A stretch of DNA of 64,000 bases from an uncultured Armatimonadia bacterium (GCA_963749155.1 CAVVLO010000003.1:96001-160000), one strand, 5' to 3'; positions 20,009-30,412 are shown, numbered from the stretch's first letter. Notes: generated by a model not told the origin, from the letters alone. Program-made: numbers and translations.

Positions 20009-22251
20009 GCCGGCTGCTAGCTTGCTGTCTGCTGTTGGCACTTATGCCAGCCTGCCTGCCTGCGCAAACCGAAGCGCCGTGGGTTGGTTTCGGTGTGTTC
20101 GGCGGTGAAGAAGACCTGATTACCTCGATGCAGCCCTGGTTTTCGCGGCTGAGCCTCTGTCGCGCTCTGGCTCCCGACCAGACCGATTCGATGCGCGCCC
20201 TCGCTGAGGCGGGCAAAAAACACGGAGCGCGTATCACGTTCCAGTCCATCAATGTGCTCGATTTTCCTGGCGGAAGCGAATATGAAGCCCGTCCAGACTA
20301 TTACGCTTTGCGCTCTGATGGTTATAAAGGCCAGGACTGCCCCGACGGTCTTATGCGTTGCCATCTGCTAGACTTCACCAGCCAGGCGGTCTGGGAAGCC
20401 ACTCGCGCCCAACTGCGCTACTGCATCACAGAGCTTGGCGGAGAAGCCTTCCGCTATTCCGACTGCGTGTGGCCCTGGTGGGGAGGCTTCTGGGGTTACA
20501 GTGAATCTGCCCTGGCCGCTTACCGCAAAGCGTTACTAGGCCAGGATGAGGGACTGGAACTCTTCATCGCGCCTGGTCAAACGCGCCAGTACCAGTTCTG
20601 GGACTGGTTCGAGGAATACACCGGATTCCGCTTCACGCCCGAGCAGCTTGGACTGACAAACTTTGCGGAATATGTTCCTCCCCCTCAACCTGCGGCGGAC
20701 AATACTGATGAGCTGGCCTGGAAGCGTCATTTTGTGTATCTCTTCCTGATGCACTGGGAGTTCGGTCGCTATCTGCAGCAGCTTGGCCTGGAGGCCGAAC
20801 GCCTCGGAGGGCGTTTCGAGGCCGTGGTCAATCCTGAAGCACTGCACAATGGCACCAGCTATCGCCTCTTTAGCCGGCTTGCGCACGCGGGGCCCTTCTT
20901 CCTCGAACTGTGGTTGGGCCCAGAAGTGGCAGTGGCGACTTATTATAACCTCGCTTACGATCTCGAGCAGGCCCTTCGCTTCGGAAGGCCTTTCTGCCTT
21001 CAGGGCGAGAGCGGCTTGCAGGGGGCTTTCGAGGGCTTTAACAACCTGCCAGCGCGGCCTTTCTATTGGGACCGAGAGGCCAATCGGGCGCTTACCTATG
21101 CCCTGGGCGCCACTGGGAAATTCCAGGAGCGCGAAGACGATTATCTCTTCTATGGGCCGGACGTAATGGCCAAGCCCTTCACTGGGTTCACGCACACCTG
21201 GGAGGCATTAATCCAGTCAGGCAAAGCCTTCGAGCAACAGGCGCTCGATGGCGCGCGCAGGCCACCCACCCGCCTTGGGGAGGTACATCTGGCCTCAGTC
21301 TTCCACTCCGACGTGATGGCCGACCATTCCTGGAGCCAACTCCACAGCCTTGCGCCAGCCGTGGTAGAGAGCCATTTCGTCTTTGATGGAGTGGATTTTC
21401 CGCTTACAGACGATTATCTCGAGGCGCACGACGTGCTGTTATGGAATGCCTGGGAGTCGCCGGTTGGCTTCACAGAGCGTCTTGGCAAGTGGCTCGAACA
21501 GCCTGGCAAAACGCTTATAACGCACTCTTTCGTGCCAACTCGAATAATGGAAGGGCTGCATCACCTGACCTGGGGGCGGCAGGTGGCTTTCTTCGATGAG
21601 GCAGGGGCAGAACTGGCGCGGCCACTTGGCCTGGGCAAGCTGACCGAGACCGAGGTAAAAACTGGCCAGGTTGATTTCATCGCACCAGAACTGGCGCCTT
21701 TCTTAGCTGAGATCAAGCTCGGAAGCCCCTGGGAAAGCGTTCTGCCCCTGTGCGCGTGCGAGCTTGGCAGGCCTCTGATTGCCAGCAATGGGCAAAGTCT
21801 TGTGACCGAGGCCTTTGTCCCAGGTGGCGGCAAGGTCCTTTATCTCAATATCGCGCCTCCCTCCGACTGGACAAAGGCTAGCTCGGAGCAACGCGCCTTC
21901 CTGGCTGACTTGATGCAGGCGCTTTTACGCTACGCTGGCGTTGAGCCCGTTGCCAGAGGCAACTCCACCGTGCGCGTGCTGCCTTTCACCACGAGTGCAG
22001 GGCAGGTTTTTGTCCTGCTGGACCTTGGTGACACGGCCGATTCGTCAGCCCCTCGTCGGTTCACGGCTGAACGCCAACACTATGATCACGTGCCGCGCCT
22101 CGAGCTGAGAGTGCCCGCTTCGACCACTTTCAACGTCACCGATGCGTTGATTGGCGAAAAAGGCCAACTAACGAGCGATCCAGCAGGCTGGCTTGCCATC
22201 CCTATGACCGAAAGGGCCTGCAGACTGCTCTATGTAGAGCCTCTCGACTAG
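20005..22251 (+). CDS. Secreted putative glycoside hydrolase, paralogue of 817..3663
   Basis: Signal peptide; DCVWPWWGGFWGY, FWDWFEEYTG, NPE. Confidence 0.6.
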   Translation: MSRLLACCLLLALMPACLPAQTEAPWVGFGVFGGEEDLITSMQPWFSRLSLCRALAPDQTDSMRALAEAGKKHGARITFQSINVLDFPGGSEYEARPDYYALRSDGYKGQDCPDGLMRCHLLDFTSQAVWEATRAQLRYCITELGGEAFRYSDCVWPWWGGFWGYSESALAAYRKALLGQDEGLELFIAPGQTRQYQFWDWFEEYTGFRFTPEQLGLTNFAEYVPPPQPAADNTDELAWKRHFVYLFLMHWEFGRYLQQLGLEAERLGGRFEAVVNPEALHNGTSYRLFSRLAHAGPFFLELWLGPEVAVATYYNLAYDLEQALRFGRPFCLQGESGLQGAFEGFNNLPARPFYWDREANRALTYALGATGKFQEREDDYLFYGPDVMAKPFTGFTHTWEALIQSGKAFEQQALDGARRPPTRLGEVHLASVFHSDVMADHSWSQLHSLAPAVVESHFVFDGVDFPLTDDYLEAHDVLLWNAWESPVGFTERLGKWLEQPGKTLITHSFVPTRIMEGLHHLTWGRQVAFFDEAGAELARPLGLGKLTETEVKTGQVDFIAPELAPFLAEIKLGSPWESVLPLCACELGRPLIASNGQSLVTEAFVPGGGKVLYLNIAPPSDWTKASSEQRAFLADLMQALLRYAGVEPVARGNSTVRVLPFTTSAGQVFVLLDLGDTADSSAPRRFTAERQHYDHVPRLELRVPASTTFNVTDALIGEKGQLTSDPAGWLAIPMTERACRLLYVEPLD

Positions 22252-25200
22252 TCTTCGACCAGGTTAGCGAGAGCCTGAAGTGGCGATGGCACCTCCAGTC
22301 CTGCGCCTGAAAGCGCCGCAGTGCTGCCCCCAAGCAGCAGGGCGCTGCCTCCAGCTACGTTGTAGCTTGCTCCCGGTGCAAGCTCGACGGGGGTGGCAAG
22401 CTCGACCCGCGCGTCCGCATGGAAGCTGTTGTCGTTTTTGTCCTTCCAGAAATAGCCCTTCAACTCGGAGCGCGGCGTAGGCAACAATACCTCTGCCAGG
22501 CCCGCTGTTTTGTCTTCCCAGCCAAATACTGCCTTGTAATACTGCGGCACGCCTGGGCCCCAGACCTCATCTCCTTCTCGCGAACCCCCAAGATTGGGCA
22601 GGAGATACTCGAAAATCGCGACCAGCGTGAGTAGACGCTCATCTGTATTGGTGACATCGACCAATTCGACCAGGCAGCCTGGCCGCCCGGAGAAGAAAGT
22701 GAACCTGTGGCGAGTCTCAAAGGCGCGCTCACTCGAGCCTGCCGCTGGCGTATAGGCGCCGGTTACAGTCACCTGAGTCACGAGAGGCCCTTCAGCCAGT
22801 TCATAACCGACCACCGAATTGGTGCCAGGCCAGGCGTTAGCTGGATTGCGCTGCTGGATGACGCCTTGGTAGAAACCCAGTTCCTGGCCTTCCCAGTAGA
22901 GGCGCATCATCGGGCCTTCGCCCTGCTCGAAGCTGCAGCGCAAAGCCCCCTGTTCGATTGTTAGCTGCGTCCCGGTATCGTTTATACGCAAGTCCGCTGC
23001 CGGAGTGACGGGAGGCGTTGCTCCTGGCGCCCAGTAGATGGTCTTCGCGGAGCAAGCCGCAAGTTCTTCCAGTTGCAGCCAGAGGAGGGGTGGCTCTCCT
23101 GGCACGAACTGCGCAGTGACTGGCGAGCCGTCTGCAAGGAAGGCCGCGCCGGGCTTTGCGAAAGCGGCAGGCAACTCGACACTTGCCAGGGGCTTTATTA
23201 CTGCCGCCGGCTCGGGATTGCTGACCACAAGCTTCTGGACAGGCTGGCTTGTGAGGGCCGCGAAAGGTTGCTCAGGTTCAGTCCAGGCGCGCGAGGCAGT
23301 GTTGTCTGCGCGGTTTGCCTCTGGAAGCGTTGCATCAGGATCGACCACGACTCGCGCGCAGTGACCCCCGGGCGTAGCAGGCAGCTCTAGCCCCAACTGC
23401 GCGGAACTCTGAGCAGGAATCTGGAGGCTCAGTCGCCTCTCATCAGCGCCATCCAGCCAAAAAGCGCAATCAGCGGTTACGGCAACGCCGCCCTGGTTCT
23501 CTACGATACAGGCGGCTTCAGCGCCCTCTCCCTCGAAACGCACCGAGAGAGCCGGTGCCTCCCCTGAGTGCAATCCATAGGCCATTGCGTTCACACGCGC
23601 TGCCGTCTCGGTCAGCGTCGTATATACCTCATCCTGCTCGGTTACCAGGCCGTAGTTGCTGTCCTCCGGGAAGGTGCTCGAGATGCCAAGTGCCGGCTCA
23701 TCCACCCACATAAAGTAGTCGGACCCCACCATAAAGGGCAGACTGAAAAGCGTTTTCTGGAAAACCTCATAGCACTTGGCCTTCTGCTCCTGGGTGTCGA
23801 CGCGCATCCCCGCGCCGTGCATACATGGAAGCCCGCTATCGAGGGCCGGGAAAGACCATTCGGTCAGCATCATCGGCTTGCCGCCGCAAAGTTCGTGATA
23901 TTCCTTCCACATCTCGGCCAGTTCGGGAGCCGCGCCTGACTCGAAGTCGATGGTCGGATAATAGTTGAAGGTGACGATGTCCGAATAGCGTCCGCAAGCG
24001 CGCCAGGCGGCATCAGGAGCGTTGCCTGCGAACCTGCTGCCGATAATCATATGATTGGGATCGTGTTTGCGTATGGCCTCGCAAGCCCCTTTGAAATAGA
24101 GCTCCGCGACCAAATCAACATAGGCAAGTTTGTCTCTTAGCACCGCATCGGCCCTGGGCCCTGACAGCTCTGTCCGCTCCAGAATGTCGTCCCAGGAGGC
24201 AAACTGGCTGCCCCAGGCCTCATTTAGGGCCTCAACCTGGCCATATTTCGCCTGCAGTTGGGCAACCAAAGCCTGCTTTGCGGAATTGTCAGCCGGCAGC
24301 TTGGCTCCCTCGTCGAAGAGAGCTTCCTCCCGGTAGGTCTTACCGTACCACTCCAGCTCGTTGTCGAGGAAGTACCCGAAAAGCCAGGGATCGTCTTTGG
24401 CCTGGTCACAGGTCTGCTGAGCCCGCTTGTCGCAGTAGCGCGCCCAGTCGGGGCTGAATACGTTGGGGAAACCCGTCCAGGTCGTCTTGATGACCAGCGG
24501 GTCATAGTCCGAGAAGGCCGCGCCGAAGCTGATGAATTCGACATGGGCAAGCCCCTGATAACGCAGGGGGACATCAGCGCCGGCCGAAAGCAGATTGAAG
24601 TTCCATTGCTTCAGCCGTTGAAGGGTCTGCTGATACCATTCTTCCCGGCTTGAGTATTTGGCGTCATTGTTGCGCTCGTAGGGGGCGTACGCGAGCTTCT
24701 CGCACCAGTGGCCCGAGTATCTGCAATGGTCGGTGCCCAGGGCAAAACAGGCCTCTCCGTTGGGCGCGAAGCACCACCAGCGCCCCTCCTGTTCAGCCAC
24801 GGTAAAGAAGCCGGTAGGCGTCTGGCTGACCTCGGTAAAAGTCGGCATGGTAACGGCTGGATAACTTCTGGCCTGCGGTGGCTCTGGCATAACCTCGTCC
24901 CTCCCCTCGGCCCTTGCATCATCAAACAAGGTGCGGATCCCGCTGACATCGAAAGCTGGTTTGCCCCAGGTGACAGCTTCGGCGTTAAAATCGCGCCCAA
25001 GGCGGGTGACTTCCTGCCCGGCCTGGGTCGAGACAACACCTGTTATGCCCTCCGGCGTGACCTCGAGCCTGAAGCGATAGGTCTGCCCATACTGCCAGTT
25101 GTAGTCGAAACCAAAACCAGGTCTTTCGTGCAGGCTGTTCTGGGACAGCCAGACTCCTTCTAGCGACTCGCTCAGCTCGATGAAATGGCGCGCGCCTTCG

Positions 25201-25550
25201 GCTACGGGCGATTCGACGAAAGCCAGATGCCAAAAGTTCGCATCGTTTTGGTAGAGAGCTATACCTGCTATCTTCCACCCTTCGCCGGAGCTTTCCAGAG
25301 GGGTAATCAGCGCCTCGAAGTCAAGCTGCCGATAACCCGCAGGCTCGGCGAGCAGGCAGAAGCTACGCTCCCCGGCAGCCTTGCAGAGGAGCTGGCCCTG
25401 TTCAACCGACCAATAGATATCTCGCGTCGCCCACTGGGGGGCTGGTTCTGCACCCTGAGGGTAACTCGAAAAATCATCTGTCAAGTCTAGTGGAGCCGCC
25501 CAAACCTGGGCAGCCACCAGCGCCAATATCAGTATCAAAAAGGTCTTCAT
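22248..25550 (-). CDS. Secreted GH50-like (beta-agarase-like) glycoside hydrolase with CARDB domain
   Basis: GFFTV..GRWW..PNG, DPWLFGYFLDNELEW, MLTEWSF, EDSNYGLV; VVDPDATLPEANRADN (CARDB). Confidence 0.75.
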   Translation of the reverse strand: MKTFLILILALVAAQVWAAPLDLTDDFSSYPQGAEPAPQWATRDIYWSVEQGQLLCKAAGERSFCLLAEPAGYRQLDFEALITPLESSGEGWKIAGIALYQNDANFWHLAFVESPVAEGARHFIELSESLEGVWLSQNSLHERPGFGFDYNWQYGQTYRFRLEVTPEGITGVVSTQAGQEVTRLGRDFNAEAVTWGKPAFDVSGIRTLFDDARAEGRDEVMPEPPQARSYPAVTMPTFTEVSQTPTGFFTVAEQEGRWWCFAPNGEACFALGTDHCRYSGHWCEKLAYAPYERNNDAKYSSREEWYQQTLQRLKQWNFNLLSAGADVPLRYQGLAHVEFISFGAAFSDYDPLVIKTTWTGFPNVFSPDWARYCDKRAQQTCDQAKDDPWLFGYFLDNELEWYGKTYREEALFDEGAKLPADNSAKQALVAQLQAKYGQVEALNEAWGSQFASWDDILERTELSGPRADAVLRDKLAYVDLVAELYFKGACEAIRKHDPNHMIIGSRFAGNAPDAAWRACGRYSDIVTFNYYPTIDFESGAAPELAEMWKEYHELCGGKPMMLTEWSFPALDSGLPCMHGAGMRVDTQEQKAKCYEVFQKTLFSLPFMVGSDYFMWVDEPALGISSTFPEDSNYGLVTEQDEVYTTLTETAARVNAMAYGLHSGEAPALSVRFEGEGAEAACIVENQGGVAVTADCAFWLDGADERRLSLQIPAQSSAQLGLELPATPGGHCARVVVDPDATLPEANRADNTASRAWTEPEQPFAALTSQPVQKLVVSNPEPAAVIKPLASVELPAAFAKPGAAFLADGSPVTAQFVPGEPPLLWLQLEELAACSAKTIYWAPGATPPVTPAADLRINDTGTQLTIEQGALRCSFEQGEGPMMRLYWEGQELGFYQGVIQQRNPANAWPGTNSVVGYELAEGPLVTQVTVTGAYTPAAGSSERAFETRHRFTFFSGRPGCLVELVDVTNTDERLLTLVAIFEYLLPNLGGSREGDEVWGPGVPQYYKAVFGWEDKTAGLAEVLLPTPRSELKGYFWKDKNDNSFHADARVELATPVELAPGASYNVAGGSALLLGGSTAALSGAGLEVPSPLQALANLVED

Positions 25551-25678
25551 TCAATCATCCACTCCTATATCGGCAGCGTATACTGAAAACTTAAGGGCTG
25601 AACAAAAATATCCTGCGTCCTTTTCCAAGGGGCGCTGCTCAGGTAGAATCTCACGAATCCAGTTGAGGAGTGTTTGTT

Positions 25679-25963
25679 ATGTGGGCAGTTGTGCTTCAGA
25701 CTTTCGTGCTGGTCTTTCTGGCTGAGCTTGGCGACAAGACTCAGATGGCGGTATTGCTTCAGGCAGGACAAAGCAGGCAGTGGATTGCTGTGACTCTCGG
25801 TGCAATGCTGGCTTTTATGCTGGCTACTTTGATGGCGGCTGTGATTGGGCAATTGCTTGGGAAATCGCTTCCCGAAAAACCCTTGCGGCTGGTAGCGGGC
25901 GCTTTGTTTATCGTGCTTGGCGCCTGGGTAATCTGGTCGACCTTAAGTGGGAAAGCCGACTAA
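25679..25963 (+). CDS. TMEM165/GDT1 (UPF0016) Mn/Ca transporter, single-repeat form
   Basis: FLAELGDKTQ motif, about 3 TM helices. Confidence 0.9.
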   Translation: MWAVVLQTFVLVFLAELGDKTQMAVLLQAGQSRQWIAVTLGAMLAFMLATLMAAVIGQLLGKSLPEKPLRLVAGALFIVLGAWVIWSTLSGKAD

Positions 25964-25985
25964 GCCTTTTCTGATTAGGGCTGTT

Positions 25986-26019
25986 AAAAGACGAGCCGGT
26001 CTCGAAAGAGACCGGCTCG
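25986..26019 (-). terminator. Intrinsic terminator
   Basis: Perfect 12-bp stem CGAGCCGGTCTC/GAGACCGGCTCG with a 4-nt loop, between convergent genes. Confidence 0.85.
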
Positions 26020-26049
26020 CTTGCTGTTCGCGTTTGGATGACTGCTGAT

Positions 26050-26760
26050 TTAGAGCTGGGTACAGGTCGGCCTGACGATTGGGTTCTGGCGAACATAACC
26101 GTCGTTCCGGATTGCGCCGAAAGGCACGAACTTGGTGTGGCCATCGCCGAAGGTAACGTTGGTGCCTTCATGGCGAGGAGTCCAGCCATCCCAGGTGCCG
26201 TAACGGATGCGGTCCATACCATCATTATAGACATTGGCGTCGTTGGTCCAGTCGTTGTAAATGCCAGTTGCCCACGTATCGAGTACGAGAGAGACTCCAG
26301 CAGGCCCAGCGGGTGCCTTGGCCAGAGCAGCCAGGCTCGCGTAGCCATTGTTGTAGTTGTACATAAACTCGTTGTAGCCGTAACCTACTTTCTCGGGGAT
26401 GCCCCAGATAGTACCCCAGTTGCTGCCGGTCTGACTTGGGCAGGTCCAGATCTGGGTGTTCTTGATATAAGGCTGGATGGCGCCCGGGAAGATAGCTACC
26501 CACTGATAAGCTGCGTAGGTAGCCCAGGTCTGCCAGGGCCAATAACCATCTTCAAACCGGCATGCGGGCAAAGTCTCGTCATAATCCTGAGCATACATCT
26601 GAATGCCCATGCCGATCTGCTTCAGGTTGCTAAGACAGGCTGAAGCGCGTGCCTTCTCGCGAGCGCGAGCAAACACGGGGAACAGAATTGCTGCAAGGAT
26701 CGCGATGATCGCGATTACGACAAGCAACTCAATCAGGGTGAAGCCTTTGCGTGCCCTCAT
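26050..26760 (-). CDS. Prepilin-type N-methylation / DUF1559 protein with H-X9-DG motif
   Basis: [48 protein letters not shown]. Confidence 0.92.
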   Translation of the reverse strand: MRARKGFTLIELLVVIAIIAILAAILFPVFARAREKARASACLSNLKQIGMGIQMYAQDYDETLPACRFEDGYWPWQTWATYAAYQWVAIFPGAIQPYIKNTQIWTCPSQTGSNWGTIWGIPEKVGYGYNEFMYNYNNGYASLAALAKAPAGPAGVSLVLDTWATGIYNDWTNDANVYNDGMDRIRYGTWDGWTPRHEGTNVTFGDGHTKFVPFGAIRNDGYVRQNPIVRPTCTQL

Positions 26761-26863
26761 AAACTACTAACCTCCCTTCGTTAATTTAAGTTGCAACTAA
26801 CGGATGAGCTAGTACGTGAGACGCGAACAGCAGAGGAAAACCAGAAATATGTTTTCTTCGCAC

Positions 26864-26892
26864 ATTATATACCCCGCATGCAAGGCAGGCAA
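26864..26892 (-). promoter_or_regulatory. Sigma-70 promoter
   Basis: TTGCCT-N17-TATAAT upstream of 26760. Confidence 0.7.
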
Positions 26893-26917
26893 CCCAAATT
26901 CAGTGTAATTTACAAAT

Positions 26918-26955
26918 AAAAAAGAGAGCCTGCTCCTCAAAGGAGCCGGCTCTCT
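26918..26955 (-). terminator. Intrinsic terminator
   Basis: 15-bp stem with one mismatch, followed by U6 on the minus strand. Confidence 0.85.
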
Positions 26956-26981
26956 CTGTTCGTTTCGCACGGACTTATACG

Positions 26982-27716
26982 CTAGAGCTGGAGTGACTGA
27001 GGCCAGACAATTGGATTTTCGCGCCTGTCCGCTAGACCGAGCGTGCCAGTTGCTTTTACGCTTCCAAAAGGCTGGAACTTGGCGTGGCCATCGCCATATG
27101 CCACGTTTGTGCCTTCGTGCCGCGATGTCCAGCCATAATCCCAGGTGCCGTAGCGTATTCTGTCCATCCCATCCATCCACAGCCCCGAGCTGTCGTCCCA
27201 GTCGCAATAGATACCACTTGCCCACGTATCCAGTATGATAGAGACTCCTGCTGGTCCGGCTGGCGCCTTCGCCAGCGCTGCCAGTGTGCACCAGCCGTTG
27301 TTATAGTTGTACATGAACTCGCTATAACCATAACCGATTTTACCTGCTTCTGGAATTGCCCAGCCAGATGACCAATTGCCCCCCGTGGCACTTGGACAGT
27401 TCCAGATCTGGTTGTTTTTGATATACGGCTGGATCCCCCCAGGGAAGATCGCTGCCCACCAGTAGGCTGCATAGGTCGGCCAGAACTCCCAGGGCCAACT
27501 GCCATCCTGGAATCTGCAGGCGGGTAAAGTCTCATCGTAATCCTGCGCGTACATCATAAAGCCCATACCGATTTGCTTCAGGTTGCTAAGACAGGCGGAG
27601 GCCCGGGCTTTTTCTCTGGCACGAGCAAAGACCGGGAAGAGAATTGCTGCCAGTATCGCGATAATCGCTATCACGACAAGCAGCTCGATCAGTGTGAAGC
27701 CAGTGCGTCGTTTCAT
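26982..27716 (-). CDS. Prepilin-type N-methylation / DUF1559 protein (tandem paralogue)
   Basis: [24 protein letters not shown]; co-linear with 26050..26760. Confidence 0.92.
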   Translation of the reverse strand: MKRRTGFTLIELLVVIAIIAILAAILFPVFARAREKARASACLSNLKQIGMGFMMYAQDYDETLPACRFQDGSWPWEFWPTYAAYWWAAIFPGGIQPYIKNNQIWNCPSATGGNWSSGWAIPEAGKIGYGYSEFMYNYNNGWCTLAALAKAPAGPAGVSIILDTWASGIYCDWDDSSGLWMDGMDRIRYGTWDYGWTSRHEGTNVAYGDGHAKFQPFGSVKATGTLGLADRRENPIVWPQSLQL

Positions 27717-27927
27717 TGCTTTCCTGCCCCCCGAAAGGTATTTGGAGGCCCAGGTCAGCAGCCCAAAACGCCTGCTTGTGATGGAGGAACTGGATGTAAC
27801 AGATGTGTCTTTGGCAAGCGGATTGGGGCCGCACGACCTTGAGACACTCCTGACAAACTTATATTACCCATCTATTAAATAATCCCTGCTCCAGTTGGAT
27901 ATTTTTTTGAACTTCTTGCTGCAAGCC

Positions 27928-27956
27928 TTGTCCCTCTGGGGTGCTTGGGGTATAAA
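27928..27956 (+). promoter_or_regulatory. Sigma-70 promoter
   Basis: TTGTCC-N17-TATAAA, followed by an AGGAGG RBS. Confidence 0.55.
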
Positions 27957-27975
27957 GAGAAGCAGGAGGTCTCGG

Positions 27976-30408
27976 TTGCCTTTGTCGCCCTTGCGCCTGA
28001 TTCTGGTCTTGCTGATTGCGTTCTTCCTGGCTTCCGCTGGCTTCACCGAGAAGCTTAAGCCCTGGGAAGAGCGCGGGCTTAGCCTGGCTGGCTCTCCCTA
28101 TGGAGGAGCCGCAGAAACCCGTTATTCCACCGATAACCTTCCCGATGGCACCTTGCTTATCCGGTGGACCAGCACCTGGCCTGAGGAAGCCGGCTTCCCT
28201 CAGCTTGTCGCGCCGGAGCTTACTGCCCTCGCGCCTCTCGAGTTATGGCCCGAGGTCTCCTCGCCCAGCTTGCTGGCGGGCACTCTCGGAGGGCAATACT
28301 CAACCAGCTTCCTTTATTTTCAAGAGCTGGAGGCAGTCTCAGAGCTGATAGAAACGGCCGGTGACCTGCCCTGGCCTCCACTTGCGCGCGGGCCTGCAAA
28401 CTATGGCTGGAAGGGTGTCACACTGCCCTCATCCACTCCCCCGCGACGCAACCTGCCGGTGAGTGTTGGTTTGCTTTTTCTTACCGATAAGCCTCTTGCT
28501 CAGAAGGCAGACCGCGCGAACTGGCTGCTCGGTTGCCTTGCAAGTCTCTATAAGGAAGTCGATGCCCGCCCTGCCCGGGCTGACGACTGGAACAAGCTGC
28601 AGGAGCGCGTTGCGGATTGGCTCGTTACTTCCGGAGGCCTTGTCGAGGCGGGAGCTGGCGCTGTGCTTCCTGACCGGCTTGATTTGCTGGCCGAGGGCCC
28701 CTTCCGCCTGGCCACCTGCCTCGAGGTCGCCCTGCCTTATGTAGAACTCGAACGCAAGGAGAAAGACCGCCCCGAGGTTGTTGGCCAGTTGCTGGCCTCT
28801 CTGCCTGCTTTCTATCGCCCGGTACCCGGCACCTTATTGCCTGAGCTCGAAGATACCCCAACCGTTGTTCTGGAGGATTATCTCCTCACCCTTGCCCTCG
28901 TGGCCGACCTGGCCCAGGCAGGCTACGAACCTGCCAGAACCTTCCTGCTGCCCTCGACAAGTTATGCCCAGACCCTTGCCCGGAAGGCTCAGTTGAGCTT
29001 CAAAGAGACGCTTGTCCTCTCTGACGCCAGTCTCCTCGGAAAGCCCTCGGAAGATCGCCTGCTGGATTACGCCTATGTCACACTGGCCGCATATGGGCTA
29101 TATGGGGATGAAGCCCTCCTGCAGGAGGCGCGCAAAGCGCTGATAACGCATACTTCGCTCACCCCAGCTCCCCTTAGCGCAGCGCTTGGGTTTGCGGCTT
29201 GCGGGCGGCTTTGGCGTCTTTCGAACGAGACGCGTTATATGGAGCAAGGCCTCAGTTTGCTGACTGGATTGCTTGGCAGCCTGTGGTGGGCCGAGTCAAG
29301 TTGGGGCAATGCGGCTTCTCTCCCCACTCGCCTGGCGCTGCTGGAACCTGCCGCTTCAGGGCTTGCCAGCACCGAGCACCAATATCTGGCCGCGCGTTTC
29401 ATCGCAACTGGCCTCGAAGCTTTTGGGCGGTCTTTGCCCGAAGAGGCAAACAGGCTGGCCGTCGCCTTCATCAGCCATTCCTCTGGCCTGGTGCGTTATG
29501 CCTGGCCGGAGCAGCGCTGTCGTGCCGCAATGGCCCCTAATCCCTCTCTTGTGCGTCCAGAGCGCACTAATGATCCGCTGTCTCCCCTGCCTTGCGCTGA
29601 TCTGCCCCTGGCCTGGACAAGGCCTGGCCTGCTGGGTCAGTTATATGGGACCGCAGGCGCAGCGGCGACCTTCGCGCGCCTCTCGAATATCTACGGCAAG
29701 GGCGATGCGCGTCCCCAGTCCCCTCGCCTCCTGCTTCAACCGAGGGCTTTAAGTGTTCCGGCAGGGGGCTACGCCAGCCTGATGGCCTGGAGCCAGTCCT
29801 CTTCGCTGCCAGTGGATTTTGAGCTTCCCGCTGGATTCAGCCTGCAATATATTCCAGCCGAGGAAGGCGCCACCGAGTTGCTGGTACAGGCTGATCCCTC
29901 TCTTGTGCCAGGCTTTTACTTTGGCGCTGCGCTGCTGCAATCCGGACAACCTGAGCGGCTTGGGCTTACTCTTGAGGTTGCCCCTTACCTTAAGGGCGAA
30001 GGCAATCTGGCCGGTGCCGGGCGTGTCTGGGAAGGCGATTCGTCCACCAGGCTGGTCTCGGGAGCCCGCGGCGTGGCCTTTGATGTGCCAGCCGGCGCGA
30101 CTTCGGCGCTTGCCCAGTGCCCTCACGTGCTGCTTCCAGCCGGAGGCCTCTCCGAGGGGAGTCTTGAGCTCCCTCAGCTTTCCGAAGGCGCCAGTTTGTC
30201 CCTAGTCCTGCGCCTCGACCTCAATGAAGATGGTTGGGCGAGGGAGGAACTGCCTGTGGTTAGCGGCATCGCATCGACTGGGGTCCATACTTTCCCCCTC
30301 CCCGCTTTGCTCCAGGGCGCCTCGCCCCTGGCTCTGGCCGCTGTGGTGTTGCGCCTCGAAGGGCCGGCAGGGGCGCACGCGCTTATCTCCGACTTGTCAC
30401 TGCGCTAA
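27976..30408 (+). CDS. Secreted hypothetical protein (possibly a degenerate alpha/alpha-barrel glycosidase-like fold)
   Basis: Long ORF with signal peptide and a TTG start after the RBS; helical Leu/Ala-rich core. Confidence 0.6.
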   Translation: MPLSPLRLILVLLIAFFLASAGFTEKLKPWEERGLSLAGSPYGGAAETRYSTDNLPDGTLLIRWTSTWPEEAGFPQLVAPELTALAPLELWPEVSSPSLLAGTLGGQYSTSFLYFQELEAVSELIETAGDLPWPPLARGPANYGWKGVTLPSSTPPRRNLPVSVGLLFLTDKPLAQKADRANWLLGCLASLYKEVDARPARADDWNKLQERVADWLVTSGGLVEAGAGAVLPDRLDLLAEGPFRLATCLEVALPYVELERKEKDRPEVVGQLLASLPAFYRPVPGTLLPELEDTPTVVLEDYLLTLALVADLAQAGYEPARTFLLPSTSYAQTLARKAQLSFKETLVLSDASLLGKPSEDRLLDYAYVTLAAYGLYGDEALLQEARKALITHTSLTPAPLSAALGFAACGRLWRLSNETRYMEQGLSLLTGLLGSLWWAESSWGNAASLPTRLALLEPAASGLASTEHQYLAARFIATGLEAFGRSLPEEANRLAVAFISHSSGLVRYAWPEQRCRAAMAPNPSLVRPERTNDPLSPLPCADLPLAWTRPGLLGQLYGTAGAAATFARLSNIYGKGDARPQSPRLLLQPRALSVPAGGYASLMAWSQSSSLPVDFELPAGFSLQYIPAEEGATELLVQADPSLVPGFYFGAALLQSGQPERLGLTLEVAPYLKGEGNLAGAGRVWEGDSSTRLVSGARGVAFDVPAGATSALAQCPHVLLPAGGLSEGSLELPQLSEGASLSLVLRLDLNEDGWAREELPVVSGIASTGVHTFPLPALLQGASPLALAAVVLRLEGPAGAHALISDLSLR

Positions 30409-30412
30409 CCAG

